Assembly: GCA_951406725.2 (NCBI GenBank)
Contig: OX597827.1
Coordinates: 82,770,001-82,834,000 of the forward strand
Length of the DNA: 64,000 bases
Direction: 5' to 3'
DNA from: Octopus vulgaris
Taxonomy: Eukaryota
Shown here: one piece after another, positions 12,445 to 26,783 of the stretch
Position numbering within the stretch: position 1 is the stretch's first letter
Layout of the letters: each line of letters opens with the position of its first letter
Position numbers and translations under genes: made by a program
The notes under the pieces: model-generated
What the model was told of the DNA's origin: nothing
Database searches by the model: none
What the model saw: the letters and a program-made list of their open reading frames with translations, nothing else

Positions 12445-13907
12445 TGTTAATAATAATATTAGTTTCCATCAATGAAGCCCACTTATTTGATGTAGTTTGG
12501 ATCAAATCCTTTAAGATTGTCCATCAGCTTCATCTCCAGCCTCTCTTACGCTTTGATGCGGTTTCACCTGATTCCTAAAAATCCATTTCACTTTATTTTA
12601 CTCTTTTAAACAATAATCTACAGAAAATTCTTTATCCATTTTCATTTAATTCCTTTCGTTTATTTGTAATTTTGTTTATTTGTTTCGTTGCTTTTTTTTA
12701 TGTTTCTTTATCTCTTTTCCAGCAAATTCTGTCTTTTTACAAAAAATAAATGATTTCTGTTTAGCTCCACTTCCAGTCGAGCATCTCATCTCTTTTAGCT
12801 TGTGACAAGATTTGAAGAGATGAGATCTCTTCAATAAGGATTTAACACATTCGAGCTCCTACATGGTTGCTTGCCCAGCTATAAATAGCAGCCAAATTCC
12901 CTTTATGGCACACCCTTACAATTCCAAATAAGGAAGGCATACAGCAGATAATATACTCCTGGACACTCTCAAGATGGGATGGTCTTGGCTGGAATGTCAT
13001 TGCTCCTAGGCTGGCTTAACCAGGGTTGATCATCATCATCATTTACAATCCATTTTCCATGCTGACATAGTTTGAACAGTTTGACTGGAGCTGATAAGCC
13101 AGAGCGCAGCACCAGGCTCCCCTCATCTGTTTTGGCTTGGTCCCTGTGGCTGGATGTCCTTCCTAACACCAATCACTTTACAGAGTGCACTGGGTGCCCT
13201 TTCACGTGGCACCAGCACAGGGGCCCTTTTATCTTCTTTCATATGTTATCTTTGTCAACTTCCTGGGATCTAGTTTTACTGTTTTTACTAATTCCTCCTA
13301 AGGGGTGTTACAGTGAAGGTGGTGATGGCAATGGTGATGAGGATGATGATGATGATGATGATGACAACGATGACGATGACAACGATGACAATAATGCTGG
13401 TGGTGGTGAAAGCAGCAATTGTTGGTGGTGTTGATGTTGATGATGATGATGATATACGCTCACACAAGCTAAACTGAAAAGGTAATTTATTTTAAATATG
13501 AGGTAGATGACATAGAACTGTCTTCCAAGCAATGGTTTTTGTCTCACCAAGGAATATTGCCAAGGAAGAGAAGCCAGGTGTGTGCTGAGATAAGAGAACC
13601 ATGAAAAAATATGAGTGGTGTTATGAACCAAATAGACAACAAGATATTTTGTTAGTCTGCCAGCTGCTAATATTTTGATGGATGTCTCTCACCTTCCTGC
13701 CAGCCATTCTTATTTCTCATTATTCCACCCCAACACTCTCCATGCTCTCCTTCTTTCCTTATTTTCCTCTTCTTCATACACTGCTGCTCTAATCTCATTC
13801 TAATACCCACAACATGTCACTGGTTGTTGCCACTCCCAAAAATGACTCCATATTTAGTATTTCTAATAATTCTATTGACTTTTATCTACATAAGGAAATC
13901 ATCACAT

Positions 13908-14578
13908 TTCCTTCTTCTTCTTCTTCTTCTTCTTCTTCTTCTTCTTCTTCTTCTTCTTCTTCTTCTTCTTTTTCTTCTTCTTCTTTCTTCTTCTTCCTCC
14001 TCCTCCTCCTTCTTCTTCTTCTTCTTCTTCTTCTCCTCCTCCTCCTCCTCCTCCTTCTTCTTCTTCTTCTTCTTCTCCTCCTTCTTCTTCTTCTTCTTCT
14101 TCTTCTTCTTCTCCTCCTCCTCCTCCTCCTCCTTCTTCTTCTTCTTCTTCTTCTTCTTCTTCTTCTTCTTTTTCTTCTTCTCCTCCTCCTTCTTCTTCTT
14201 CTTCTTCTTCTTCTTCTTCTCCTCCTCCTCCTCCTCCTTCTTCTTCTTCTTCTTCTTCTTCTCCTCCTCCTCCTCTTCTTCTTCTTCTTCTTCTCCGTCT
14301 TCTTCTTCTTCTTCTTCTTCTTCTTCTTCTTCTTCTTCTTCTTCTTCCTCCTCCTCCTCCTCCTCCTTCTTCTTCTTCTTCTTCTTCTCCTCCTCCTCCT
14401 CCTCCTCTCCTCCTCCTTCTTCTTCTTCTTCTTCTCCTCCTCTTCTTCTTCTTCTTCTTCTTCTTCTCCTCCTCCTCCTCCTCCTCCTCTTTGTTCTTCT
14501 TCTCCTCCTCCTCCTCCTCCTCCTCCTCCTCCTTCTTCTTCTTCTTCTTCTTCTTCTTCTTCTTCTTCTTCTTCTTCT
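13908..14578. repeat. Compound (CTT)n/(CCT)n polypyrimidine tract
   Basis: ~670 bp almost purely pyrimidine on the + strand. Confidence 0.97.
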
Positions 14579-16299
14579 GCTGGACAAAATGCTTGGTGCC
14601 ATTTCTTCTGTCTTTCCATTCCAAGATTAAATTCCACTGACATTAAAGCATCTGTTTTGCAATTCCATGGAATCTGGTTCAACTGACATCACGACATTTG
14701 GGGCAAATAGCTTCTGCCATGGCCAGAGGTCAACTACATTTTGGTTGATAGAACCTTTCTGTTTGTGTGTGGTAAAATATAACTCATCCACCTGTCGAGT
14801 GCCCTTAACACAGACCCTTGTGTGGAAAACATTTAAGTTACTTCCATCAGTCTCAGGGGTCTTAAAATCTGACACAGGGTTCCTCATCAACTGGTGTAAA
14901 GCAATCCCTTCCCCTCTACTAACCCCTTCACCCAGCTGAGAGAGCTTTGTCTTGAAAGTTACTTGGTGACCTGGTCAGTGCTGATGCCGTGTGAAAAGCA
15001 CATTTGCATTAGGAAGGGATTCCAGCCAAGGGACCCGTGCCAAAATAGACAACTGGAGCCTGGTGCAGTTCGCAGCCTTGTCAGCTCTCGTCAAACCTTC
15101 CAAACCATCCCAGCAAGGAATATAGACATTAAATGATGATGATGATGATTATGATGATGATGATGATGACGACGACGACGACGACGATGATGATGATGAT
15201 GATTTAAAAAACAAAATACTTGTAAATGCTCCAATTGAAGTGAAGTCATATTTGAGATCCATCAAAACTGTTTTATTCAATAAATAGAATGGAGACTAAT
15301 GAATTCTAGGCCAGTCAACAAACATGGAAGGAAGGATTGAACTGATAACTTCAAATTCCACCTCTTCCTCCAGACCAAACCTTTAACAAAAAATAGAAAA
15401 AGTAAAGGAAAAAAAAGTTCCTTACCTATGGCATTTTACTAAACATATTTGTAGCATTTTGTCTGGAATTTTCTAATGCTCTCATTGTTATTCTCTGGAT
15501 TGATGTAGAGGCTTTCATTCTGTAATAAGACTTTGTAAGCTTATGAGACTACCTTGATGAGTAGCTGCAATATAATAATAAGTTTACCATTTTCAGAACA
15601 ACAATGGAAGAAATAAGAGTTCCTGGTTTTGTAAGCCACTACCCCACCCCCCACAAACTAACTGTTCATTCTAGCAATTAGCCAAGCAGGAATGGATAGA
15701 ACAAAAATATATAAGAAATTCTCCAGTTGAGGTAAAAGAGTAATTAGGAAGGAAGAGAAAAATGTCTGCTGCTTGGAAAATATAAAAACTAAAAGCAGAA
15801 CTTTTCCAAAGGAAAGTTCCATTGGTCCAAGTTCTGAAGAAATAAAGCTTCCATTAGTAGCAAGCCAATTGTTGTATTGATTTAATTGGTATAATATTGA
15901 CTTAATTGGCAAGACAAAGTACTTGAGAGTGACAACTGGTGAAACCTTCATGAGCTGACGGAAAAGAAAATCAATTGTGTTTAGTTTGATGGAGAGAGAT
16001 AAGCGAATCACAGCCGATGCAGTCCATTCTCAACAACTGAGACGAACCATTAACTTAATACATCACAACTCACTTGGAGATTACCAGGCACCTGATGAAC
16101 AAAAGACTTTATAATAGATTAAAGCTGATCTACTAAGGTAAGACCTTAAGCAAAAATATAGCAGAGTGTAATATTTGATGGACTTCATGGCTGATGCATC
16201 TTTCAGTGATGCTGGATTCCACATTCACTCACAGCTGCCAGGCTTCTTTCGGTTTCTGTACAGTAAAAACTGTGCAAGTTGTCGAAGCTTGTGACTACT

Positions 16300-16871
<572 letters not shown>

Positions 16872-17307
16872 GGTACCCCAGCAAAATGGCAGTGCCCCAG
16901 CATGGCCACAGCTTGTGAGCTGAAACTAAATAAAATTTAAAAATATATATATATATATATATATATTTAACTGGTCAGAGATTGATAAAGTATTTACTAA
17001 TAATAAACTGCGTTGGAAGCCAGTGAACGTGTAACATGATTGTGGTAAGTATGAATATGATGATGGTTATGATGATGGTTATGATGATGGTGATGATTAT
17101 AATGATAATGATGATGATGATGGTGATGATCAGGAGGAGATCAACCTCATTATCATAGAGATGCTCAAGGCAATAATGTCAATGAGTTAACAAGATATTC
17201 AAGTGGAGATTATGGGAAAGAATAGATGATGGATAAAGCCGCTACATCACAGTCGGTGGTTAACTATTTGGTTCTTCAGCTTAAGACACATGGAGCCTCA
17301 TTTTTTA

Positions 17308-17352
<45 letters not shown>

Positions 17353-17493
17353 CACGCATCTATCTATGAACATGTAAGTGCATATGCATATGCGCATGCA
17401 TATTAAATGCACATTTGTCATGAAGTTGGCAACACCAGCCATAAAGTGGTGCGATGCTGACTAAAATCACAGCTGAAATGGTGACTAAGACCA

Positions 17494-17569
17494 GTGGTAG
17501 TGGTGGTGGTAGTGGTGGTGGTGGTGGTGGCAGTGGTGGTGGCAGGCAGTGGTGGTGGTGGTGGTGGTG

Positions 17570-17618
<49 letters not shown>

Positions 17619-17772
17619 CAGCAGCAGCAGCAGTGATGGTGGTGGTGGTAGTGGTGGTGATGGTGGTGGTGGTGGTGGTGGTGGCAGCGGTGGCGGCGGT
17701 GGTGGTGGCAGTGGTGGTGGTGGTGGTGGTGGTGGTGGTGGTGGTGGTGGTGATGGTGGTGGTGGTGGTGGT
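17494..17772. repeat. (GGT)n/(AGT)n/(AGC)n microsatellite
   Basis: Directly visible. Confidence 0.97.
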
Positions 17773-18117
17773 ATAGGTGGTTACCTCTGTAAGTGTCCAG
17801 CAAGAAATTAACCCAAGAAGAAAACAAACAAACCAAACAATAAAATCGGAAATGTCGCTTGAAGGAGGAACATTATGGAACAGAGATTAAATTTATTGAT
17901 CTTCTGTTTGTATTGATCTGGTGTTTGAACTGTGGAAAATAGCAATGGGGGTGGAGGGCAAAGGGGTGGGAAGGAAAATCGATGTTAGTGAAACAATCTG
18001 GGGCAGGAATTCAGTTCTGTACGTAAAATACTGAGATGGATTACCATTTCAGAGGTTCCAGTGGTTAGATGCCAACATTAATGGCATAAACAAACAACAA
18101 ACCATTTGTAATCAACA

Positions 18118-18119
<2 letters not shown>

Positions 18120-18213
<94 letters not shown>

Positions 18214-18218
18214 GCGCG

Positions 18219-18285
<67 letters not shown>

Positions 18286-18286
18286 G

Positions 18287-18350
<64 letters not shown>
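18120..18350. repeat. (CA)n with periodic (CG)n islets
   Basis: Alternating purine-pyrimidine tract. Confidence 0.97.
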
Positions 18351-18354
<4 letters not shown>

Positions 18355-19065
18355 TGCACATACATACACACATACATACATACAGAAGATTAGTATAAAA
18401 AGAGAACACCTATGCTGAACTACCGAGGAATCTGCAGTTACTCTATCCAGATTACTAGTTCAGGTTTATACCTGTAATTATTGGGGTCCTGAGATATGTA
18501 ACACACTGCCAAAATACCAATATTGAGAAATTAGGCTTCTCAAAACCAGAAAGGAGACTACAGATCCAATTCATCACTGGAACTGTAAAAATCTGTAAAA
18601 CTTTCCAGAAGTTTATCATTTAAATATATATGAGCACGTCTAGATATGCAACTATACGCAAGAGAATATATACATAAAACATACAAATCTGCACACACAC
18701 ATATATCCATACCCTGTTGTTGATGTTGAAATTCCGAGGAAGGAGCCTTGGCTCCAGGTTAGAAATCAACTCTGTTGGCAAGAAATCTTGAAATAATACT
18801 TAATAATGCCATACACACACGCACACACATGCATACATATATATACACATACATACATACATACATACATACATACACGCATATAAATATCAGCTGGCTT
18901 TCCATCAGTTACGACAACAAGGGTTCCTGTTGATCCAATCTCCAGAACAGTCTGTGAAACAACACAACACTTTCTGGTTCCTCCAATGTATCAGAGACCA
19001 CAAAATGGTCAGTAATAAAAGAAGAACTTTGGTTGATTCCAAGGAAGACAGTAATGCGGTGGATG

Positions 19066-20045
19066 TGTAGTGACAGCCGTACGTAAAGGAGATAGTGACA
19101 GAAATGTCTCCTTTTAAATGCTGCATGGTCGCCCTACAAAGAAGAAGCCACAATAAGTGCCAAAAAGAATAAGGAGGACGGCACAACCGTTAATTGTTTG
19201 AGAGAAGAAGACTTTATTTACAGAATGTGCACATGATAAGAGTGTGTCTGTATTCATGACTGCGTGCAACAAGTGTTTGTGTCTGTGTGTTCATGAGTGT
19301 GTACAGAACAATAAAGAACAAATAGAAAATGAGTCACTCAGGATACAAATGACAAGATGTTGATAAATACCAGTTCCGTGTAAGTCACACCATAGCAGTT
19401 AGTTCTGTCTCAATGAAGTTGGTGGCAAAGTGGAGAACAGTTACTACGTGTGTAGAGGTTGTGACTTCAATCCATTGCCAGGTTACTTTGGTACAGAAGA
19501 TCTCACAGGTAGAGCTGAGCTCTTAACCTTGGTGAATATTCACAACAGCATGAAGTTAAACCTGGAACGATGTTGGTGTTGGTGTGTACGTAGACATGTT
19601 GGTGATGTCGATAAGCTAAGGCGATGGTGGTAATGACAGCATCAAAGTGAAGTCGACGATGGTGATGGCAACAGTGAAGAAAAGTCCTGAGTTGCTGCAT
19701 GTTGGTGTTGGTGTCATCACAGGAACATGGCTGAGTCGCAGGAACTGGCTGGTCTGGTTGTAATCAATGGTCGAGGACCAAAGACAAGATATAATGAATT
19801 GCTGAAGCCTTTTAAAGCAAAAGGTAGGCTCCAGAGAAAATCCAAAAGACTGCGTCACAGGACCCTATCTGAAGGTCGTGATTGGTTGGTTTACACACTG
19901 GCACGAAATAAAACTGCACCAAAACCAACCAATCAGGGCAGCAGGCACAACCGGTCCCAAGCCACCAAAGAATGGCTGCTATCTGCCACGACATCATTTC
20001 TATGATCTCTCTCAAACAGTGAAGATATCACTGAGCTACGCTACA
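19066..20045 (-). mobile_element. Possible solo LTR
   Basis: Minus strand runs TGTAGCG...CACTACA, with CCAAT boxes (19880-19935), TATA-like TTTAAAAGG (~19810) and AATAAA (~19215) in U3-R-U5 order. No TSD found. Confidence 0.4.
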
Positions 20046-22384
20046 ATTCACTTTCTTCATCTTAATTATCTTAATCCTTTTAATAATTTGATTTCGAAAT
20101 TTTGGCACAAGGCCAGCAACTTCAGGAGAGGAGGTTAATTGATTACATTGACCCCTGTACTTATTTTATCAGCTCCAAAACGATGAAAAGCGAATTGGAC
20201 CTCGATGGAATTTGAACTCACCATGTGATTACAGACAAAATGCCACAAAGCAGTTGATCCAGAGAGCTAACGATCCTGCCAGCTTAATCACTTTAATAAT
20301 TTAAACAACTTTAATCAGTTATTTCTTTATCTCCATCTTCCCCTAAACACTGGACTATTATTAAATTAAACTATTTTATTTATCACTAATTAACATAATT
20401 ATAATTTATTTATTTACTAATCCTGCTTCATATTTCAGTCATTATTCTGTATTTAATGTTTCACTGTGTTTTTCTATTCGATCATATTTTTTCCTTCTAT
20501 TTGTTTTTTCTCATTTTTCTGATCCTTTTTTATGCTTCAATTATTCAATATCCATGTTAAAACTCTAAACTTCCTCCCCAAATCCTCAAACAACCTTCAT
20601 TCCTTCCTGCCCCACCTCTCAAACTCAAGCAAGATTTATGTCTCTCTTCTATACCAGCCATTTTCATCTTTAAGTTCATTTTATTTACTTTTAATGATTA
20701 TTTCAAAATAAAACACCTATTTGTATTCAAACTAATTTTTTTTACAAATTCTATCTTTCAAAATAGCATTACCATTCCTCTACACTTCCAAGAACTCCAT
20801 ACACAGATAATCTCTGCTATTTTTGGCTCCAGACCAACTCCATCCTTGTTTCTTGTTTTATTTTTATTTTCTCATACATGCATACATACATATGTATGTA
20901 CATATAGATGTGTTATGTATATATATATATATATATATATTTTCCTTCCTAAACAGATGTAATTCTTTTCTCCTGTGTCTGTTACACAAGCAAAGGTGCA
21001 TGGCCAAGGGGTTAAGGTGTTGCACTCATAATCGAAAGAGCATGGTTTCAATTCCCAGACCGTTTATGCTTAGTGTTCTTGAGCAAACGCTTCGTTTTGA
21101 ATTGCCCCAGTCCACTCAGCTGTAAATGAGTCACCTCCTGACAAATTGGCAGACAAGGGTGAGATGGTGGTGACTGAAGAGAATCCCCTGAACAGGGGTT
21201 CTGTGCGCTATATTTTGTATTCCAGTGATGAAAACGGATGAATCGTACGACCTGTACAGTGAATCCCAGCTGGTTGGGACTGGTTGTTCAACCACGTTAA
21301 AGCACCTCTCTCTCTCTCTCTTTTGTTATAAAGTGGATACTACCATTGCTGTAATCTATATTGTAATACAAGTTCACAGTCCCAACGATGATTTGTAGTC
21401 ATTCAGAAGCAATAACTAACAACATAAACATCTTAAAAGACACTGCAAAACGCAAAGAACAGCAGGAACAAATAAGAGAAATGCTAAACGCAGATTTATC
21501 GATTCAATGAAATTTACTAATTGGTTAATATATTGAAGCAGGCAATCATACCAGCGGATGGGTGTGTGGTGAAGGAAATTCACTTGTTAGCCTTGGGGTT
21601 TGGGGTTCAATGCCACTGGACAGCGCCTTAGGCAAGTGTTTTCTGTTGTAGCAGCAGGCTGAGAAGAAAAACCTTGGAATTGAATTTGGCAAACAGGAAA
21701 TGCATGAAACCTGCTGTGAGCATGTGTGTGGGGAATCCGTGCATGCTCCTTATTGGCACTCTGATACAATCCAGTTCTGGCTAACCACATTGAAAGACAG
21801 GGAGCATTCAGAATTGTTTAGGATAAAGAATTGAACTCTCTTTCACTCAATAAGTAAATCCTTTGTTCTCTTCACTGGGTTTCATACAGCATACAGGGTA
21901 ACAGAATCAGGACATCACAAAGAAGAAGGGAGAATTAGACATCTTCAAAAATTTATTCGTTTAAGCATTATTGATGAGAATAATGCTTTAAGAAATAAAT
22001 TATAATAATATTAAATAAAGATTATAATAAATAAATTATAATAAATAAATTATATTAAATTATAATTAATAAACAGATGGGTGGTGGGATGATCCTCTCA
22101 GTGGATTCGGCTGATAGTTACATTCATCCCCCACACAGTAGCAGTTGTTTTAATGTAACTCCACAAGTCAGTAATACTTGGACACTGCATGAGTGCATAC
22201 AGAATGGTTTTGTTGCTCTGTGCATATCTCAGACAGCTCCACTTGACAGCGCTTCCATGTCTGTAGAATTTATTTCAAACTGGTTGTACTCCTCAGTAGC
22301 ACTGCCTGGCCAGGGATTTCTGGAAGTTGTCCATGGTAGTACCAGGCCCAGAAGTCCTCTGAAAAAAAAAAATAATAATAATAA

Positions 22385-22660
22385 TGTCCCTTTGACTCAC
22401 AAATAGTCAAAAAGGCAAAAAGATAGATAAATAGATAAATACAACCCTGTTAATTATGAAATAGCCCAGCTATGGAAAATGAAGAAGGTGAAGATAGTGC
22501 CGATTATTGCTGGGTCCTTGGGAAGAGTATCAGAGGGCATCAAGTGGAATATAAAGGAAATTGGAATAGAGTGCCCGGTGGAACTGTGACAAAAGATTTG
22601 CCTCCTTGGCACAACCAGAAGACTCAGGAAAGTATTAGGATAGCCAACAAAACCTGTGAT
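22385..22660 (+). mobile_element. R4/Dong-type 3' fragment
   Basis: YEIAQLWKMKKVKIVPIIAGSLGRVS..L*QKICLLGTTRRLRKVLG*, directly after a (TAA)n run. Confidence 0.8.
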
Positions 22661-22930
22661 AAAGAAGAAGAAGAAGAAGAAGAAGAAGAAGAAGAAGAAG
22701 AAGAAGAAGAAGAAGAAGAAGAAGAAGAAGAAGAAGATGAAGGAGAAGGGGGGAGGAGGAGAAGAAGAAGAAGAAGACGAAGGAGAACGGGGGGAGGAGG
22801 AGAAGGAGGAAGAGGAGGAAGAGGAGGAGGAGGGTATTAGATAATAGAAAAGGACAGCATGGTAGTGTAGGCTGCATGCAGGACTCCAGGAGTTCTAAGA
22901 AAAGCTGAGTTAAAAAGAAGCATAATAACA

Positions 22931-23170
22931 GGGACAGTTCTTAATGCCCCTTTAACTACAGGGATAGGTTGTTGCTTTTTTTGTTTTTTTGTCCCTAAAG
23001 ATTTGAAAAGATGGATTGAGGAAATAGGCATAAAACCTAGTTTAGTGCAGCACCAGAAAACAGTGTTATTGGGGACAGCTAGGGTACTTTGGAGGGTTCT
23101 TGGCATCTAAGGTTCCTTGTTGTAGCCCAATGTCAGGAATTCTTCTTTACCAACAGACTAATCAGTCGTG
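22931..23170 (+). mobile_element. R4/Dong-type 3' fragment with inverted 5' segment
   Basis: From 22991 the + strand reads VPKDLKRWIEEIGI..QKTVLLGTARVLWRVLGI*. 22931-22990 on the minus strand reads IPVVKGALRTVP. Confidence 0.75.
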
Positions 23171-23175
23171 CATAT

Positions 23176-23588
23176 TCTTTTATTCTTTTATTCATTTGAC
23201 TGCGACCATGTTGGAGCACCACCTTTAGTCGAACAAATCAACCCCAGGACTTATTCTTTGTAAGCCTAGTACTTATTCTATCAGTCTCTTTTGCTGAATT
23301 GCTAAGTTATGGGGACATAAACACACCAGCATTGGTTGTCGAGCGATGGTGGGGGGACAAACACAGACACACAAACATATGCATATATATATGCATATAT
23401 ATATATATATACATATATATAGACGACAGGCTTCTTTCAGTTTCCGTCTACCAAATCCACTCACAAGGCTTTGGTTGGCCCAAGGCTATAGTAGAAGACA
23501 CTTGCCCAAGATGCCATGCAGTGGGACTGAACCCGGAACCATATGGTTGGTAAGCAAGCTACTTACCACACAGCCAACTCCTGCGCCT
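23176..23588 (-). mobile_element. SINE family A copy
   Basis: Reverse complement of 33276-33686. Confidence 0.85.
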
Positions 23589-24215
23589 ATGAAATAATAA
23601 TAATAATAAATTGCATTTTTTAGTTTCCATTCTAATTTGTAACATATTCAAAACTTAAAATTTTTTGTTTTTTTTTTTTCGTTTCAGCCCTGGAAAACAT
23701 TGAATACAGTTTATCACCAAAGCTCGACAGAAAACAGTACCCAGATGTGAACACTAAATTCTTATAAAGAAACTGCAACAACAGATCCAGAAATTGGAAG
23801 AATCTCATGCGTGTTACTCCTACCTGATAGGTCAACCAGTTCTACAGCTAACCATCAGTCCGACAAATATTTGAACTCTTTACCTTCTGATATACACTGT
23901 CTCCTTTTTGTGAACTGACTTCCTCCAATAAATTAATCCCAGCAAATTTCTTCTCCATTGCCCCAACACGACCATCACCCCTAATGCAAACTAGTTCCTC
24001 CCCAACTTATGTTAAAGTTACTTTCAAATACATTTTTCTTTAATCACACACATTGTTTGCAGGCTTAAGGCTAAAAGTCCTTCCATTACACACAAAGAAT
24101 TAAACGAAATATATTTCTTTAAGTGTTTTACTTCTATTTTACCATTTTCTGCTCAATTATTGCCCATCGTATTGAAGTGCCTCTGGTAATTCTATACAAA
24201 AATAGCTTCGTTAAA

Positions 24216-24445
24216 GGCGGCGAGCTGGCAGAAATGTTAGCACGCCAGGTGAAATGCATAGACGTATTTCGTCTGCCGTTACGTTCTGAGTTCAAATTCC
24301 GTCGAGGTCGACTTTGCCTTTCATCCTTTCGGGGTCGATAAATAAAGTACCAGTTACGCACTGGGGTCGATATAATCGACTTAATCCGTTTGTCTGTCCT
24401 TATTTGTCCCCTCTGTGTTTAGCCCCTTGTGGGTAGTAAAGAAAT
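24216..24445 (+). mobile_element. tRNA-derived SINE family B
   Basis: ggcggcgagctggcagaa..gagttcaaattcc..cctttcatcctttcggggtcgataaataaagtaccag. Degenerate copies near 11820-12190, 20100-20285, 27620-27830, 28690-29300, 47990-48350 and 55916-56080. Confidence 0.85.
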
Positions 24446-25478
24446 ATATACACAAATACCTTCATTAAAACATAAATAAATAACACAAAATTAAGGGGAA
24501 ATAATCGTGTTTGAACTAAAAGGAGTATAGAATATTGGCAAAATATAAATTGTACCTGAAGAAAAGATAAAGATCAGGTAGCCATGTTGCCTTAGGTGAG
24601 AAGGATCCAAATGAGAAGCGCAGTTTAATTTGGTGGGGGGGTGGGGGGTGGCATGATCTTTTGATTACAGCTGAGAAAGTGAGTGGTTATGTGGTTTATA
24701 TCTGTTATGAAAGTGGGTGCATATGAGGCTCATAACTTCTGTGAGATTGATGTAAAGAAAGAGGTGACAAAATAGAATCTATGAAGAGGATGTGAAAGAG
24801 TGTCTGCCACTTCTGACATGTGATGGCTCTTGCCATTTCTAAACCTTTCACCATTTTTATTGATGGGATCTATATAAGCTATGGGCTGATCCATGTCTTT
24901 GTAGAGTTGCAGTAAAAATAAAGAGAAAGGTTAACTCTATCTTCCATGCTTGTCTTTTCATACGAAGGTTAAACTACTAGCGTGGAACATTGAACAATCT
25001 TTATCAGAAATAAATGATTATTAGAATCAAAATATCACTTCAGTGGTTTACCCTCCATCCACCCTTATTAACAAGGGTGGAGGGAAGAAAACTTAAAATT
25101 AATTGATGAAATTTTTTTATCAATGAATGACGTTTTTTGATATTTTTTGATGCTTTGACTTTCTTTTTTGTAATTTGTTATTTTCATTGCTTTATTTATT
25201 TGTTATTTTAATCGTGAAGTCTGATGTAAATTGGGAAGAAATAACAAACAAAGCATGAAGCAGTGGCATTACCGTTTTGACAAGTAAAAATTCTGGTAAA
25301 GATTGAGTCTGTCAGCATGGGAAAGTTGAGTGAAATAGCAAGAGTTAATTTAATGCTCCTCACAATCTCTTCATCTAAATCAACGCTAAAAGAAGCAGCA
25401 GATTGTTTATCTTAAACAAGTATTTCAGTTTAGTGTTCAGATATTTTGCTTCTGTTGAGATTTTTGCTTTGATTCTAG

Positions 25479-25479
<1 letters not shown>

Positions 25480-25567
<88 letters not shown>

Positions 25568-25618
25568 CATTATTATTATTATCATTATTATTATTATTAT
25601 TATTATTATTCATCATCA

Positions 25619-25686
<68 letters not shown>

Positions 25687-25699
25687 GTTATTGTTATTA

Positions 25700-25730
<31 letters not shown>

Positions 25731-25834
25731 TATCATCATCATCATCATCATCATCATCATTATTATTATTATTATCATTATTATTATTATCATTATTATT
25801 ATTATTATTATTATCTTTATTTTTATTATTATGA

Positions 25835-25881
<47 letters not shown>

Positions 25882-25885
25882 GTTA

Positions 25886-25961
<76 letters not shown>

Positions 25962-25969
25962 TATCATCA

Positions 25970-26048
<79 letters not shown>

Positions 26049-26172
26049 TATCATCATCATCATCATCATCATCATCATTATTATTATTATTATTATTATT
26101 ATTGTTATTATTATTATTATTATTATGATTATTATTATTATGATTATTATTATTATCATCATTCTTATTATT
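25480..26172. repeat. (TTA)n/(TCA)n microsatellite
   Basis: Directly visible. Confidence 0.97.
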
Positions 26173-26752
26173 ATTTCTGTTTTACAGCCATTTTCATTTT
26201 TGGTCCATAGCTCAGGAAATATTTGAATTAATGGGTTTCCATAAATCAAAATGCCTAAAACATTGTAAAAGCATTTCAGTAAATTATGTGAAAGATAGCA
26301 GCAGTGGGGGGTGGGGTGAGGAGAACTAAGGGGGGGAGGCAACATGTTCTTTGCAATTATATCCATTCCATCAAAAGATTCATCATCCTGAATATATTTT
26401 TATGAGTTAGACGAATATATTCTTTGACATGTGAAATTACATATTAATAATACCAAAAGATTTATGGGAGAAATTGGGTGGGGGGGTGAAGTGAGATGGG
26501 GGGCAGGGACAATATTGTACAACTTAGAGTTGACATGTTTATAATAAAGTAGAAATATTACAATCTATGTTATTTAACACACTAAATAGACAGGGAGAGA
26601 GAGAGAGACAGACAGACAGACAGAGAGAGAGTGAGAGAGAAAAGAATATTGGTAGGTAAATAGATTGAGAGAGAAATAGAAAGAAGTACATAGATACTTA
26701 GGTAGGTAGGTAAAGTGAATAGGCAGGTAACTAGCTAGGTATGGTGACAGGT

Positions 26753-26783
<31 letters not shown>

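Noticed and set aside
13814-14686. Long poly-L/S/F/E/K/R ORFs (also 3925-4352, 17360-17836, 25403-26366)
   Set aside because: Translations of trinucleotide microsatellites.
18735-18780. Hairpin followed by GAAA, possible hammerhead
   Set aside because: No CUGANGA core and no stem III or cleavage triplet.
21174-21215. CTGAAGA followed by a strong hairpin
   Set aside because: No GAAA after the stem.
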